Shown here in pieces: positions 35,801 through 52,651 of a DNA stretch of 64,000 nucleotides. The translations under genes were made by a program, and so were the position numbers. Under the pieces are notes generated by a model. The model saw only the letters and a list, made by a program, of their open reading frames with translations, made no database searches and had not been told where the DNA came from. Origin of the DNA: Macrostomum lignano (Eukaryota); assembly GCA_002269645.1 (NCBI GenBank), contig NIVC01002179.1, forward strand, positions 1 through 64,000. The letters are read 5' to 3'. Positions within the stretch are counted from its first letter, which is position 1. Each line of letters opens with the position of its first letter.

Positions 35801-36363
35801 TTGCGAATGGCTCCGATGTCCAAGTCGATTTCCAGCATTTGCCTCCATCGATTCGCAACTCCGTCGTCCGCTGGAAACCTGTGCATTCGCACAGCCACTC
35901 CCTCGTCCGTTAGAGATTGCGCTGTATGGGTGCAGGTGGCTGCACAGCAGCGCTTTGAGCTGAATTCCATGTCAGTATGGTGATTGCAAGAAGCGTTGCT
36001 GGTGTTTTTGTCGTTCTTGCACTGCTTGCTGGTAAAGTGCGAAGTAAAATCTTCTCTTTCTCCGTCCTGCCTTATTACTTTAAACTCCGTATCTCGTCCC
36101 ACTTGACTGCTAGCTAGAAACGAAGTCAATCGATTTCTTCGACTGTCTATGGCCAAGACCAACGCCTTTTTGGGGTGGGTGCAGATTTTACTAGTGGTTT
36201 TTACGCCTGAGAATTCCGATCCACTGCCAAGCTTGGCCATAGATAAAAGAATTGAAAGCGCCAAGGTTGTGCGCGTGTGACGCGGGCATCTAGACCATCA
36301 TTCTCTCCAAATATTTTATGTCAAGACAAAAAATAGAGCAAATATGCGCTTATGCCACAGTGA
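32862..36363 (-). mobile_element. THAP/P-element DNA transposon with one recognisable terminus
   Basis: Terminus CACAGATACTAAATACC at 32862, the same as the micro-MITE end. THAP plus P-type transposase inside. No reciprocal TIR found near 36.3 kb. Confidence 0.88.
33225..35970 (-). CDS. P-element/THAP9-type transposase, predicted 3 exons (~848 aa)
   Basis: Exons 35970-35693, 35636-34112, 33968-33225. THAP: CCAATC…HRFP…W…CSVHF…NAVP. Catalytic-type motifs LCFDGM, VADQES, QDHVE. Also DIPHCLKNTRN, KMKVSLAAQVLS and NLFCIIRGHNGFNDRP. Intron 2 is canonical GTAAGT…TTCAG. Intron 1 has GG at the donor. Confidence 0.88.
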
Positions 36364-36765
36364 GAATCAGTGAGACAAGGGCTATTGAAACCAAGTATGG
36401 AAAACGGCAATAAGAGCCGGCTGCAATCGTCGTGAACTTCAACGGGGCCTTCCAGAATTGCACGTTTAATCTAACTGGAGTTGTTAAGCAGTAGCTTGGA
36501 AAAAGTAAAACGTCGTTTGATTGAATGAACTAAACTAACAAGCCGAAAATTGTTGCGTTACTGATACGAAATTATAAAAGTGCGAAAGCGTAAAAGAAAA
36601 AATAATAATCCTATAAAAGTATAATTTCTTTTAAAATATAAAAGCATACTTGGTTGGAACTTGTTTCACCATAGACTACGAAAATTCGCGACGAAATTTC
36701 ATTCTTATTTGAGCCATCGTGCAGGAATTAAATATTCATTGATACCCCGAAAAGGGACACTTGAG
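36364..36765 (+). repeat. 402-bp direct repeat, copy 2
   Basis: Identical by eye to 32460-32861. Confidence 0.95.
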
Positions 36766-36906
36766 CTCAGAAAAGTTAATGACAATCCATTGGCCATAGA
36801 CGTAGAGAAGATTTGCGCGCAGTTGTGGGAGCAGCGCTGCCACTGGAAAGTGCCTAGTAACTAGTTAAGAATCTGGCCTATCTGTATTAGCAAATTGAGA
36901 AGCAAA

Positions 36907-38908
36907 ATGCAGACTGAAGTCGAAGAAGCGACAGGCGTCAATAGCAAAGACTCGCAGGTGCAAGATGAAGCGATATTGTCCGATGATTCAGCTGATTGGG
37001 TGAGCGAGAACAGCTCAAAATCCACTGTGATTGAGGAGGTTGAAAAGCGCTTCAATGCTGGAGGCTTGGCTGTGCGCTTTGTGCTGCTACTAATCTGCGC
37101 GTACCTTGGCGTTCGAGTGTACCTGGTGTACAGGTTGGTACGTCTGATGCACACCCTTCGGCGGATGCTGGATACGCTTCGACCGGCTCTGGGAGATGAA
37201 GCAACCGGTGAAGTCTTGAAAAGTTTCAGAATCATGCCGAGCATCATCTGTTTGTTGGTTAGTCTGCGTGCTGTGTGCTCCGGTCATTGAGTAGACTCAA
37301 GCCCCTGTCTCTGCCAACATTGAGTAGACTCTCAAGCCCTTGTCTCTGCCAACATTGAGTAGACTCTCAAGCCCTTGTCTCTGCCAACATTGAGTAGACT
37401 CTCAAGCCCTTGTCTCTGCCAACATTGAGTAGACTCTCAAGCCCCTGTCTCTACAAACATTGAGTAGACTCTCAAGCCCCTGTCTCTGCCAACATTGAGT
37501 AGACTCTCAAGCCCCTGTCTCTGCCAACATTGAGTAGACTCTCAAGCCCCTGTCTCTGCCAACATTGAGTAGACTCTCAAGCCCCTGTCTCTGCCAACAT
37601 TGAGTAGACTCTCAAGCCCCTGTCTCTGCCAACATTGAGTAGACTCTCAAGCCCCTGTCTCTGCCAACATTGAGTAGACTCTCAAGCCCCTGTCTCTGCC
37701 AACATTGAGTAGACTCTCAAGCCCCTGTCTCTGCCAACATTGAGTAGACTCTCAAGCCCCTGTCTCTGCCAACATTGAGTAGACTCTCAAGCCCTTGTCT
37801 CTGCCAACATTGAGTAGACTCTCAAGCCCCTGTCTCTGCCAACATTGAGTAGACTCGCATCATCTCTACAAACATTGAGTAAACTCAAGCCCCTATCTCT
37901 GCCAACATTGAGTAGACTCTCAAGCCCCTATCTCTGCCAACATTGAGTGGACTTTAAAGCCCCTATCTCTGCCAACATTTAGTAGACTCTCAAGCCCCTG
38001 TCTCTGCCAACATTGAGTAGACTCTCAAGCCCCTATCTCTGCCAACATTGAGTAGACTCGCATCATCTCTACAAACATTGAGTAAACTCAAGCCCCCCCC
38101 CCCTATCTCTGCAGACATCGAGTAGACCCAATTCCCTATCTCTGCAGACACTGAAAGTCAACATCTACCTAGCTGACATTGAGCTAACTATAAAATATTT
38201 AATGTGACTTGTAAGCCAAAATATTCAATTGCAATGCACCAACATGCACACCCGCAGTCATTCAGCCTGGCAGTAACTTTAGGCCTATTCGCTGCACTTT
38301 TCTACACTGCATTTGTCCAACCAATCCGACAGAATCGCTGCAACACGGCGTTGCACACTGACAGACAGAAGATCTCACCCCAGCAAATCAAATGCCTTTT
38401 TAGAACAATGGGCACTTTAATGTTCTATTTTGTTCTACTGCCTGAAGCTGTCTTAGCGTTGGTTCTGTCTGACAATGTCACCGCTACAGGCACACTGGTT
38501 GACAGGCGAGTCAGAACGGGAGCAGTTTCGTCAGATGCTGTTCTGTCTATCAGTGGCAGCTTTGGTTGCAACCTGAGCCACATTGTCAGCTGTTGGGAAC
38601 TGGACGAGGCCAACATGACTCGGGTGTCAAGAGGATTCTACCTGCCAATACGACAACACCTGCAACAGGCCCATCTGCCTGAGTCATTCAGTCAAATGCT
38701 GATGATTTTGGTATCCTTTCTGGTTACTCATTTGATTCGAGGTCGGGGCATTTGGGAGGTGGATCATAGGCTGCTGCTACAGCAGAATGAGCTCATCCGA
38801 CTGAATGAGCAGAGATTAGTTGAGCAGAGGCGCTCAGCTGGACTGGTGATTAATGCGCAGAATACCGACAGCAGAGCCGACGGATGGCGTAAGAATAAAC
38901 ACGTTTGA
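36907..38908 (+). CDS. Putative multipass membrane protein of unknown family, 2 exons (~333 aa)
   Basis: ATG 36907 to donor TTG|GTTAGT (37258); acceptor CCGCAG|TCA (38258) is phase 0. The splice creates the continuous hydrophobic segment IMPSIICLL|SFSLAVTLGLFAALFYTAFV. Other hydrophobic stretches: LAVRFVLLLICAYLGVRVYLVY, LMFYFVLLPEAVLALVL, MLMILVSFLVTHLI. Confidence 0.55.
37285..38150. repeat. 35-bp minisatellite (CATTGAGTAGACTCTCAAGCCCCTGTCTCTGCCAA)n
   Basis: About 24 tandem units filling the predicted intron. Confidence 0.97.
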
Positions 38909-39124
38909 TTTTCTTGTATTAAACTTAATTGGGGAGATGCTTGTGAAGTTGCTAATCAATAAAATCAATAATTATTTCAAATGTTTTTCAACTTGCGACT
39001 TTAATATGGACATCATAAGTGAACGTGTCAAATGGGTGTGCAACAGGTGTCAAATGTCAAAATAGTTGTGCCACTGACTCAATGGTTATAAAACAGATGT
39101 CACAAGTACTTATTAGGTTATTAA

Positions 39125-41511
39125 CCCCAAGACTGCGGATGGCCTGCTCTGCAGGTCATGGTCTCATATCTATGGTCTGCGGCTCAATTTGCTGCTGATA
39201 TGTTAAAACATTTCTAATGAGTCTTAGTTTGCGGCTGTGGCCTGCAGAGCAGGCCATGAAAAAGTCGGTTGTTTTAAGTAATTTTTTTGTTCCTTTTAAC
39301 AGCTGATTTTTCTATACTATGGCGCAACAGGGATACTAAACGAGTTATGAAGTGTGAATATATTTTCTCAACAGTCATTGGAATAGTGAATAAAAGTTCA
39401 AAAACATAGTGAAAAATTTACGAAAACAAGTAATACGAACAAGTTTAAAATGATAAGCGAGTAATTCAACAACGACCAACAAACATCGATAACACCAAGT
39501 ACGAGTAGCAGTCATAGGCATAACAGCAGGTGAGTCACAATTTAACAAATAGTTATAATTAATTTTGATTGGCATGCCAATCTCCGAAGCAGGGCACAGC
39601 GCAAAGACCTGGATTTCCCTGGCAGTGATCGCAACAATAGACAGTTTTCTTGACTCGGCCACTCTTGTAACACTGTCTGCAACGCTTGGCTGGCCGAGCC
39701 TGGGCACCTGTTGGCCGGAGGCGCTTCAGGAGATGCTGCTGCCTATTGGGTCCTGTGCCAGGCTGTGCTTGAATTTGCCGGCTCCGTGCAGGTCCAGTAG
39801 TCTGGATGAAGCCCTTGATGGTTAATTCCGGGAACTTCAGGAAGTCGTACGAGCCGCCACGAGACTGGTACACAACCCAACCGTTTCTGACAAGGACCAA
39901 GAAAAAGTGGGCCCCTAGCTTGGCAAACCACTTTTGTGTCCTTCTGTTTGGGCTATACGGCTGTAGGCCAGAGTCCAGCTTATCAACACCGCCCATAAAG
40001 CTATTGTACGATGTTGCTGTTAGAGGCTTGAGTTCGACAACTTCCTGATTTCCTTGAATGGTGCGGTGAACATGTTGAATGGCGGCGGCATTTTTGGTGT
40101 CAATAAAATACACCGTCTTTGTACCAGATGCCTTTCTGACGACGTACTTCACAGCAAGTACACTGCCGCTTCGCATGAAGGCACAGCCTGGAGCGGGCAC
40201 GGCCAGATCTCTCAATTCAACGGGGACACCGCGGTTTGCACGCACTGTGCAGGTCAGCAGTGTGCCGTGATGCAGCAGGTAGTTTGCTAGGCGATGCGAT
40301 CCGAACCAGCTGTCGCAAACGACATGGTAGCCAAGGTCCAGTACATATCGGCATGTCTCAACCAGCACCTTCTCGCTCATCGAAAGTCCTTCACATCCCA
40401 GATCTTGACCAAACTTCTCATTCTCGGCTTTGCTCGAATGCACAAGAAAGTTGCAAACATAACCTGTTTTTGCCTCGCACAAGCAATAAATTTTAATGCC
40501 ATACCGCGCTTTCTTTGCTGGAATATATTGGCGGAACAGTACTCTTCCTCTGAACAGCACCAGTTCTTCGTCTACGCTTAGCTCCTTCTCTGGCATGTAC
40601 ACGTTCCGGCAGATCCGCGACACACAGTTGATGAAGGGCCTGGCCTTAGCCAGAGGATCAGCGGCGTCAAAGTTGGAGCAGTCATAGAAGCGTAGTAGAC
40701 TGCTGATCTGCTGAAACCTGTCTCTTGGCAGACATGCTTGCTGCTGGAAGAATGGCGTAGAATAGAACCCGCTTTTAGACCAATAGTGGGTCACTTCCGG
40801 TTTTTTACTACTCCCATATAAAGGGACATTGCGACGAACTTTGTAATCTCATTTACAGTGACATCCTTCCAGCTGGAAAATCGCGATGGTAGCTGTTCAT
40901 CCTGAAGATCTTCGAACTCGCGCCACGCTCGAGCATTCGTCCAGTCGCACAGCTTCTGTAGCAATTCGGGTGTCAGAAACATTCGGTTGAAAGCTACTGG
41001 ATCTTCGTCAGCGTTCTCGGGTTGCGGCAAATCCGGATTGACACCTGGCATGCCAAGGAACTCCGGGTCCTGGTTCGGCTTCTGATCTTGGCCAGGGTGG
41101 CATGCATGCCAAACATTGGTTGCACCATGGGCAGCGGCCAAGCCTTCATCTACCTCTTGCATTTCCATGCCTCCTTGTTCGGTTTCGTCCTCATCATCAG
41201 TGAAAAAACTGTCGTCTCCTTCTTCAAACTCGGGATCAGTATCAGTATCAAAATGCTCCGCTTGAGCCATAATGACGATAAGTAGTGTTAAAAAATTGAA
41301 AAGGACGTTAATAGAAACTGCTCTAGCTTAAAAACTGAGCCACAAGCTGTACAAATACAATCCAAAAGTTTCAAAGACTAAATACTCAGTAGGAGCTGCT
41401 ACCGCAAACTAAAGACATGTCAGCCAAAGATTAAAAAATGTTCATGGCCTGCAGGGCAGGCCAAGCCGCAAACTGTGTCTATGGCATGAACTCATCAACG
41501 CAGTCTAGGGG
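39125..41511 (-). mobile_element. Full-length piggyBac transposon (2387 bp)
   Basis: TTAA TSDs (39121-39124, 41512-41515). TIRs CCCCAAGACTGCG / CGCAGTCTAGGGG match 12/13. Internal inverted repeats AGTTTGCGGCT…GCAGGCCATGAA at ~39227-39258 and ~41439-41474. Confidence 0.95.
39559..41270 (-). CDS. piggyBac transposase (~570 aa) split by a -1 frameshift at 40800-40806
   Basis: N-terminal part …FLTPELLQKLCDWTN…MSLYMGVVK. The -1 frame continues KPEVTHYWS…PRDRFQQI. DDD-type motifs SVDEEL, CDSWF, GGVDKLD. C-terminal Cys-rich domain CRQC…CCDHC…LCAVPCFGDWH. Confidence 0.92.
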
Positions 41512-41791
41512 TTAAGCTAGTCTGAGTTGAAACAAGCATTATATTTGCAACTGGATAATATAAAGCAGGCTTTAAAGTCTATCGGTTGGCTTGGGGTTGG
41601 ATTGAATTGTAATAATTTACTTGATTCTAATCATGCACTGAGTATGCTGAGCACAAAATGCGTGTACATGTGCTGCACTGTACAATAGAGGCGCACTAAT
41701 TAGCCAATCAGAATCCAACGGGGTTTGACTGCGATAAATCATTAATTAACACAAAGAGCGAGAGAAACGGAGAACAACTAACTGCATAGAA

Positions 41792-41801
41792 GTCACGTGA
41801 C
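41792..41801. promoter_or_regulatory. Palindromic E-box GTCACGTGAC upstream of the RhoGAP gene (CCAAT at ~41704)
   Basis: Motif match only, ~160 bp upstream of ATG 41959. Confidence 0.25.
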
Positions 41802-41958
41802 GGCAAATAGGACGTACATTACAGCTTGTCAGGCCCATTGCTAAGCTTCCAATGCATACTGCTCAAGTCAGTCGGTAGAAAGAGTTGCTAGCAAAATTAC
41901 ACAAAGCCATCCACTGAGTGCAAGTTCAAGCCAACAAAATTCAGAATAATTTTCAATT

Positions 41959-46655
<4,697 letters not shown>

Positions 46656-47274
46656 GATGCATTCGTACGAGTAGTTTGATAGACTGCTGGATCAGCTGAT
46701 TGATGATATATTTTTAATCAACACCTTGGATTCGGTTAAGACCTTTCTAGTCCCATAGTTGGTGCTGGCTCCGGATTCTGTGCATTTGTTATAATCAGTG
46801 ATGTTCAGCCATTTTCACTTTTATGAAAATTTGGTTCTTCAGCTACGAGCGAATCCCGCCTTGCCGTGATTTTTAACACTATTCTTATTTATTGTCAGTT
46901 ATTCCACCGATTCTATGGTAGCGTAAATCTGACGTCACTTTTGTAAATATACGCGGGCAATTTGAAAGCCTAATTGCTACTTATTAAAGTGAGTAGTATA
47001 TAATTGACTTCTACAGGATAAATAACAAAAAAATATTGAACCATTAAAAATTGTTCTAATTGACTAGATAAGGACTTTATCATATGCACTATTAGTGCAA
47101 ACCTACGGTAAAGGTTAAAAACAAAGTTTTTGGGCACCGATGGCAATATGAAAAATATTTTGTAATACGCTCGCACATGTTATTACAGGAGGTTTTGCCC
47201 TAGACGAACTGATCCGCTATAGAGGCAGGAACACAATCACTTGGGGGATTGATTTCTGAGAAAAGTTTCAGTTT

Positions 47275-47568
47275 AATAATAATAATATTAATATTAATAA
47301 TGATAATAATAGTGAATTACAGCAGTCCTTGGACAGCTCAGCCGCAGGTATTGCGCTAAAGGCTGCGTACGGCTGTTCAGTCCAAAGACTGGGGGTCGCC
47401 ACACACACCCTCAATTACCTAATTGTAATGCTGGCACCCATTTTACAGCTGGGTGAACTGAAGCAATGCAGAGTTAAGTGTCTTGCTTATGGACACAAAT
47501 TGGATCGAGAATCGAACCCCCGACCTTCAAATCTGAGTCCGACGCTCTAACCACTAGGCTGCAACCCC
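47275..47568 (-). mobile_element. tRNA-derived CORE-like SINE with (TTA)n tail
   Basis: Reverse complement of the 59583 family. The AAT-repeat tail is at 47275-47310. Confidence 0.88.
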
Positions 47569-47772
47569 TGGCTAATATTATTCAATTAAAACCAATAACC
47601 AATAAAAACAATCATCAATGGTCGAAAAGTGGGTGTAACACTTCATTCGATTTGTGATACTCCATACTCAATAAAGAATGGATTACAAGTTATATTACTC
47701 TACATGTACTCAATTGGGATTGTCGGTGTAGAATACAAAGTCAATTCGTGAGGTACGCGTGGCTTTCATAGG

Positions 47773-50286
47773 TTACAGCTGGCTAGTCAGGTGGCATGAC
47801 TCTTCGTCATCCAACCGATTGCCGTCAAGTTCTGCAACCGCTCTGACGCTATCCGGCACCAGCTGAAGTCTGTGCTCAGTTGCGGCTTCTGTCTGTGAGC
47901 AGGAGCGCTGCAACCTGGCAGTTGTTGAGGCTGAGGTCATTACTCGCGTGTCTGCGCAGGTATGCGATCTGCGAATACAGGAGGATTGTATGAAGTGCGC
48001 AAAACATATTTTCGTTTGGATTATTTTAGAAGACGAAAGAAGAAAAAGTATATTTTTGTTTAAAATTACTTTTTTAATTTTCTCTCTTCCATGGGTTGCT
48101 ATTAATTATTATTCTACCTGACGTAGTCAGAAGTTGATGATGCTGCAAAAATAAAGAATACTTCCTAACATATTGGGTCTGCAGGCGTGAATAAAAGAGG
48201 ACATTCGGCGACGGAGAGTGACTCTAGGAGCGACACTGGGTGGTAGGGTGACAGTGGATAGTAGGGAGTGACAGTGAATGGTAGGGAGTGACAGTGGATG
48301 GTAGAGAGTGACAGTGGATAGTAGGGAGTGACAGTGGATGGTAGAGAGTGACAGTGAATGGTAGGGAGTGACAGTGGATGGTAGAGAGTGACAGTGGATA
48401 GTAAGGAGTGACAGTGGATGGTAGAGAGTGACAGTGAATGGTAGGGAGTGACAGTGGATAGTAGGGAGTGACAGTGGATGGTAGAGAGTGACAGTGGATG
48501 GTAGAGAGTGACAGTGGATGGTAGAGAGTGACAGTGGATGGTAGGGAGTGACAGTGGATGGTAGAGAGTGACAGTGGATGGTAGAGAGTGACAGTGGATG
48601 GTAGAGAGTGACAGTGGATGGTAGAGAGTGACAGTGGATGGTAGAGAGTGACAGTGGATGGTAGAGAGTGACAGTGGATGGTAGAGAGTGACAGTGGATG
48701 GTAGAGAGTGACAGTGGATGGTAGAGAGTGACAGTGGATGGTAGGGAGTGACAGTGAATGGTAGAGAGTGACAGTGAATGGTAGAGAGTGACAGTGGATA
48801 GTAGGGAGTGACAGTGGATGGTAGAGAGTGACAGTGGATGGTAGAGAGTGACAGTGGATAGTAGGGAGTGACAGTGGATGGTAGAGAGTGACAGTGGATA
48901 GTAGGGAGTGACAGTGGATAGTAGGGAGTGACAGTGGATGGTAGGGAGTGACAGTGGATAGTAGGGAGTGACAGTGGATGGTAGAGAGTGACAGTGGATG
49001 GTAGAGAGTGACAGTGGATAGTAGGGAGTGACAGTGGATGTTAGAGAGTGACAGTGGATGGTAGAGAGTGACAGTGGATGGTAGAGAGTGACAGTGGATA
49101 GTAGGGAGTGACAGTGGATGGTAGGGAGTGACAGTGGATGGTAGGGAGTGACAGTGGATGGTAGGGAGTGACAGAGGATGGTAGGGAGTGACAGTGGATG
49201 GTAGAGAGTGACAGTGGATGGTAGGGAGTGACAGTGGATGTTAGGGTGTGACAGTGGATGGTAGAGAGCGACAGTGGGTGGTAGGGAGTGACAGTGGATG
49301 GTAAGGAGTGACAGTGGGTGGTAGGGAGTGACAGTGGGTGGTAGGGAGTGACAGTGGATGGTAGAGAGTGACAGTGGATGGTAGAGAGCGACAGTGGATG
49401 GTAGGGAGTGACAGTGGATGGTAAGGAGCGACAGTGGATGGTAGGGAGTTACTTTAAGAGGAAGTTTAAAGTACCGTGAGAGAAAGGAACCAATTTAGTG
49501 CCTGTTCGGACACTGCACAGAAGACGTTGAACAACTGAGTCCTGGAAGCGGTTCTCACCTGGTCAAACCGGTACTCTTGTCACCGCTCTCTCTGTCGAAC
49601 ACGACATCTGCAGCGCCCGCCCCATCATCCAGAGCAGACTGTGAGCACCGCAGAGTTCCAGCCAGCAGCAGCGACGCTCGCGAGTCTCTGGCGTGCGGAT
49701 TCTGCAGCACGCCGACATCGGACGGCGGTTCTTCATCCGACGACTGGCATCGACGTACGCGTCGCTCGCCGCTCGACGCATCGACGCAGATCTGCAGGCG
49801 CGGCAGGCTGCACAGAGCCAGCGGAGTGTAGCACAGTTCCGCCTCAGATCTCTGCCGCCAGCCGAAATAGCCCAGATCGATCTCTCGCTCCTCGCTCAAG
49901 AAGTCGCCCAACTCCAAATCGGAGTCGTCGGCAGCAATATCGTCGTCCTGGTCACTTTTCTGCAGCACAAAGACTGTGTTCTTCTTCTTGCAGAAGACGA
50001 TGACCGCCGCTGTGAGGCTCATGCTGACAAACAGAAGGACACCGCCAATCACCAATACCCCGGCTAGGGATCTGTCGATGTGGAAGCTGGTCTCGGCCGA
50101 GTGCGAGCGAATCCCGCCTAAGCGATTCGAGCTGAACGCCGGGTGCCGTGGGTAGTACCGCTGCGGCGGCGGTGGCTGCGGAGGAGGAGGAGTTGCCGTT
50201 GTGCTCAGCATGGTGGGAAACTGCGACGAGTGTGCTGCTGCGACAGCTCTGCCCAGCAACGGTCCAGGAGTAGTCGTCGTCGTCAT
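47773..50286 (-). CDS. Single-pass membrane protein of unknown family, 2 coding exons, ending …TSQL
   Basis: Exon 50286-49559 (acceptor at 50317) has the TM segment LAGVLVIGGVLLFVSMSLTAAVIVF followed by CKKKN. Donor AG|GTGAGA is phase 2. Acceptor TTCGCAG|A at 47968 gives a 65-codon open exon to TAA at 47773. Confidence 0.65.
48235..49450. repeat. 20-bp minisatellite (GACAGTGGATGGTAGAGAGT)n
   Basis: About 60 tandem units within the predicted intron. Confidence 0.98.
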
Positions 50287-50339
50287 GGTTGTCAGAGCCT
50301 CGATGACCAGTGTTTTCCTGTAGGATTTAGAAATGGGTA

Positions 50340-50490
50340 GGTGCAGTATTCTGGTAGTCTGGTAGTCTGGTAGTCTGGTACTCTGGTACTCTGGTACTCT
50401 GGTACTCTAGTACTCTGGTACTCTAGTACTCTGGTACTCTGATACTCTGGTACTCTAGTATTCTGGTACTCTGATAAGTCTGGTACTCGT
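50340..50490. repeat. 8-10-bp repeat (CTGGTACT/CTGGTAGT)
   Basis: Direct observation. Confidence 0.9.
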
Positions 50491-52542
50491 AGGGTGGTTC
50501 TTGTAGTGGCTAAATGATAACATTTGGATGCCTTCTTATTTCGTGCACATTTTTCCTTCAATATTTCAAAGAGTTCAAAGTGTCATGACCAGCAAGAAGA
50601 TTTGTTGTCAACTTCGTGAAACATTAATGTTTGACTGTTTATAGTAGAACTTCCGCTGCGCCATATGCCTTGCCTTATACATTTAGACTGGAGACGGGGT
50701 CGCTTTGTTTAAACAGCTTGCGCGATTCCGGTTGATCCATGCCAACACATTCAAGCCACCTGCCTGTCTGCTGCTGTGATTCTTGCGCCGGCTGTGCTGT
50801 TATTTCGGCGACAGGGCCGTGTGTTTTTCACTATTCTTGCAGTCACACAGAAGGAAAGCTGCTTGTGAAGAAGGACGACCGATTCTCTCTTCCCCTCTCT
50901 CTCAATCCGACCCCCTCCTTGTCCTGTCGCCGTGACTGACAGTTGAAGAGTCAGCGCGGTGCCATGCCGCCATGCGCTACCCATTCATCATTTCATCTTC
51001 GCTTCGGACTGGAGGCTCTGCCTGTATATGAAGGCGGCGGTTTTTTTCTGGTAGTTTATTTTCCCTTGGGAAATCTGCATTAGCAAAGTCGTCGCCGCAG
51101 TCTGCACGGGGCTCTGTCAGCTTCTTCTTCTTTTTTCTGTAGAGGAGTTCCTCAATTCCGATCCGTTTCTGCGCCAAGAAACGCCTCATAGCTGCAAGGA
51201 CTAACTAGAACTCCACATTTGGGACTTGGGTCCCGAGAGTGCAGGCCACGGGGAGGGCGCGCCGGGCCATTAGACAGGGATTCAGTGGCTGGTGAGAAAA
51301 TATGGCTTGGAGAAGCTTCGAATTCTGACCGAACTTTTTCTGCCCTGATCGAGGTATCGAAAAAGTTCTCCTCGGGGCGCGATTTTTTCGAGGTGGGGGC
51401 TGGGGTAGGTTTATCGGCTTCATTAATTCTCGGGGCGATATCTCCTTACACTGCGACACAGTTCTCCAGAGGTTGCCTTTCTCCATCTGTGTGTCGCACC
51501 AAACAAGGTTTTTTTGGTTGATGCTTTCTTTCAAAGCAGAATCCATGGATAAACTAAACACTGACTAGATAAGCTCGTTACTGATACATTCCTGCAGGCT
51601 ATAGGGGCTGAATGAGAGGCCCTAAAAAACTTCCATTTGCTTTCACAGACAGCTCTTTGGATAGACAGGCAAGATTGATTGGTCTTATTGAGGCGATCAT
51701 CTGCGCAGGACTTCAACATTTCTTTCTATTTGTAGTTTTTGTCCCTCCATCCAAGAAGCAGAGCAAACTCAATCAGGGCCGCTGTGTTGAGAACTGTGGA
51801 GACTGATGCAAGCTGGTGCAGGAAAGCAAATCAGTGAGGACACTGAGGCTTTTTCTGCATGCGGAAATAGCTCTTTTCCCACGCCACAAATTAATTAAGT
51901 GCCGGCTTTGCATCATCGGCTCGAACAAATTCTGCACAGTTACTAAATTGGTATATTCCAATTCCAATGCGTCAACCTACTGCAGACCATATATGGAAGC
52001 GAATACAAACGGTCCATGCACAAAAAAGTTTTTAAAAATTCTTACACAAAAGTTAGTGAAAAACTCGGTAAAAGTTCGATAATATCGACTGTTTTTTCGT
52101 TTTGAAAAGGTTCAGCAGCATTGATTTCTCGTTCCCGTTTATAATCTTTGCTATGCACTCCACAGACAGTATGTGTTGTTGCAAGTTACAAGTCACGGAT
52201 GGCGAAAATTGTCACCTATGGCCACTCTCACGACTTGAGATGCTATCGGAAGACTCATTGTACGAGTGTGTCAAATTATAGAACATGGTGTGGGACCCAA
52301 AATAAATACTCTAGGCAAGAAATCTTCACAGGAAAAAATAAACGTTTTGAAAGTTGATTTCCTAAGCCTTAATTCTAGGAGAGAAAATCGTGAATATTAC
52401 GAGCGTACTTTCAAAGTTTTAATTTCGTTCTCGTTGACATCAAAACTTGACAGTTCAGTTGCAAAGTGTTGATTATAATTACTCCTCAAATACTCGAATC
52501 AAAACTCGAAAGCTCAGCCCTTGGTCAGTAGTCATCACTCAC

Positions 52543-52651
52543 CCCTTGGAGTATCAACAGTCGAAGTCTCTTTAGTTCTGCTGTGGTGGTGGCGGCTTGA
52601 CAATACCCAAGGGTCGGCTAACTCTTTTATGCCAATGGCCAGATAGAGAAC
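52543..52651 (-). other. Candidate 109-nt 5' UTR exon of the single-pass membrane gene
   Basis: Acceptor CCCGCAG| follows a very long (CTCCT)n pyrimidine tract; donor G|GTGAGT. Spliced to 50317 it puts an in-frame stop upstream of ATG 50286. Confidence 0.4.

Noticed and set aside
36356-36362. CACAGTG as an RSS heptamer or Transib end
   Set aside because: There is no nonamer at 12 or 23 nt spacing, no partner end and no 5-bp TSD. It is better explained as junction microhomology.
50590-52500. Cluster of short ORFs (50977-51189, 51205-51561, 51773-51967) that may be a decayed transposon or extra exons
   Set aside because: I could not identify motifs, termini or a TSD. The phase-2 donor at 50979 (GTAGCG) is weak.
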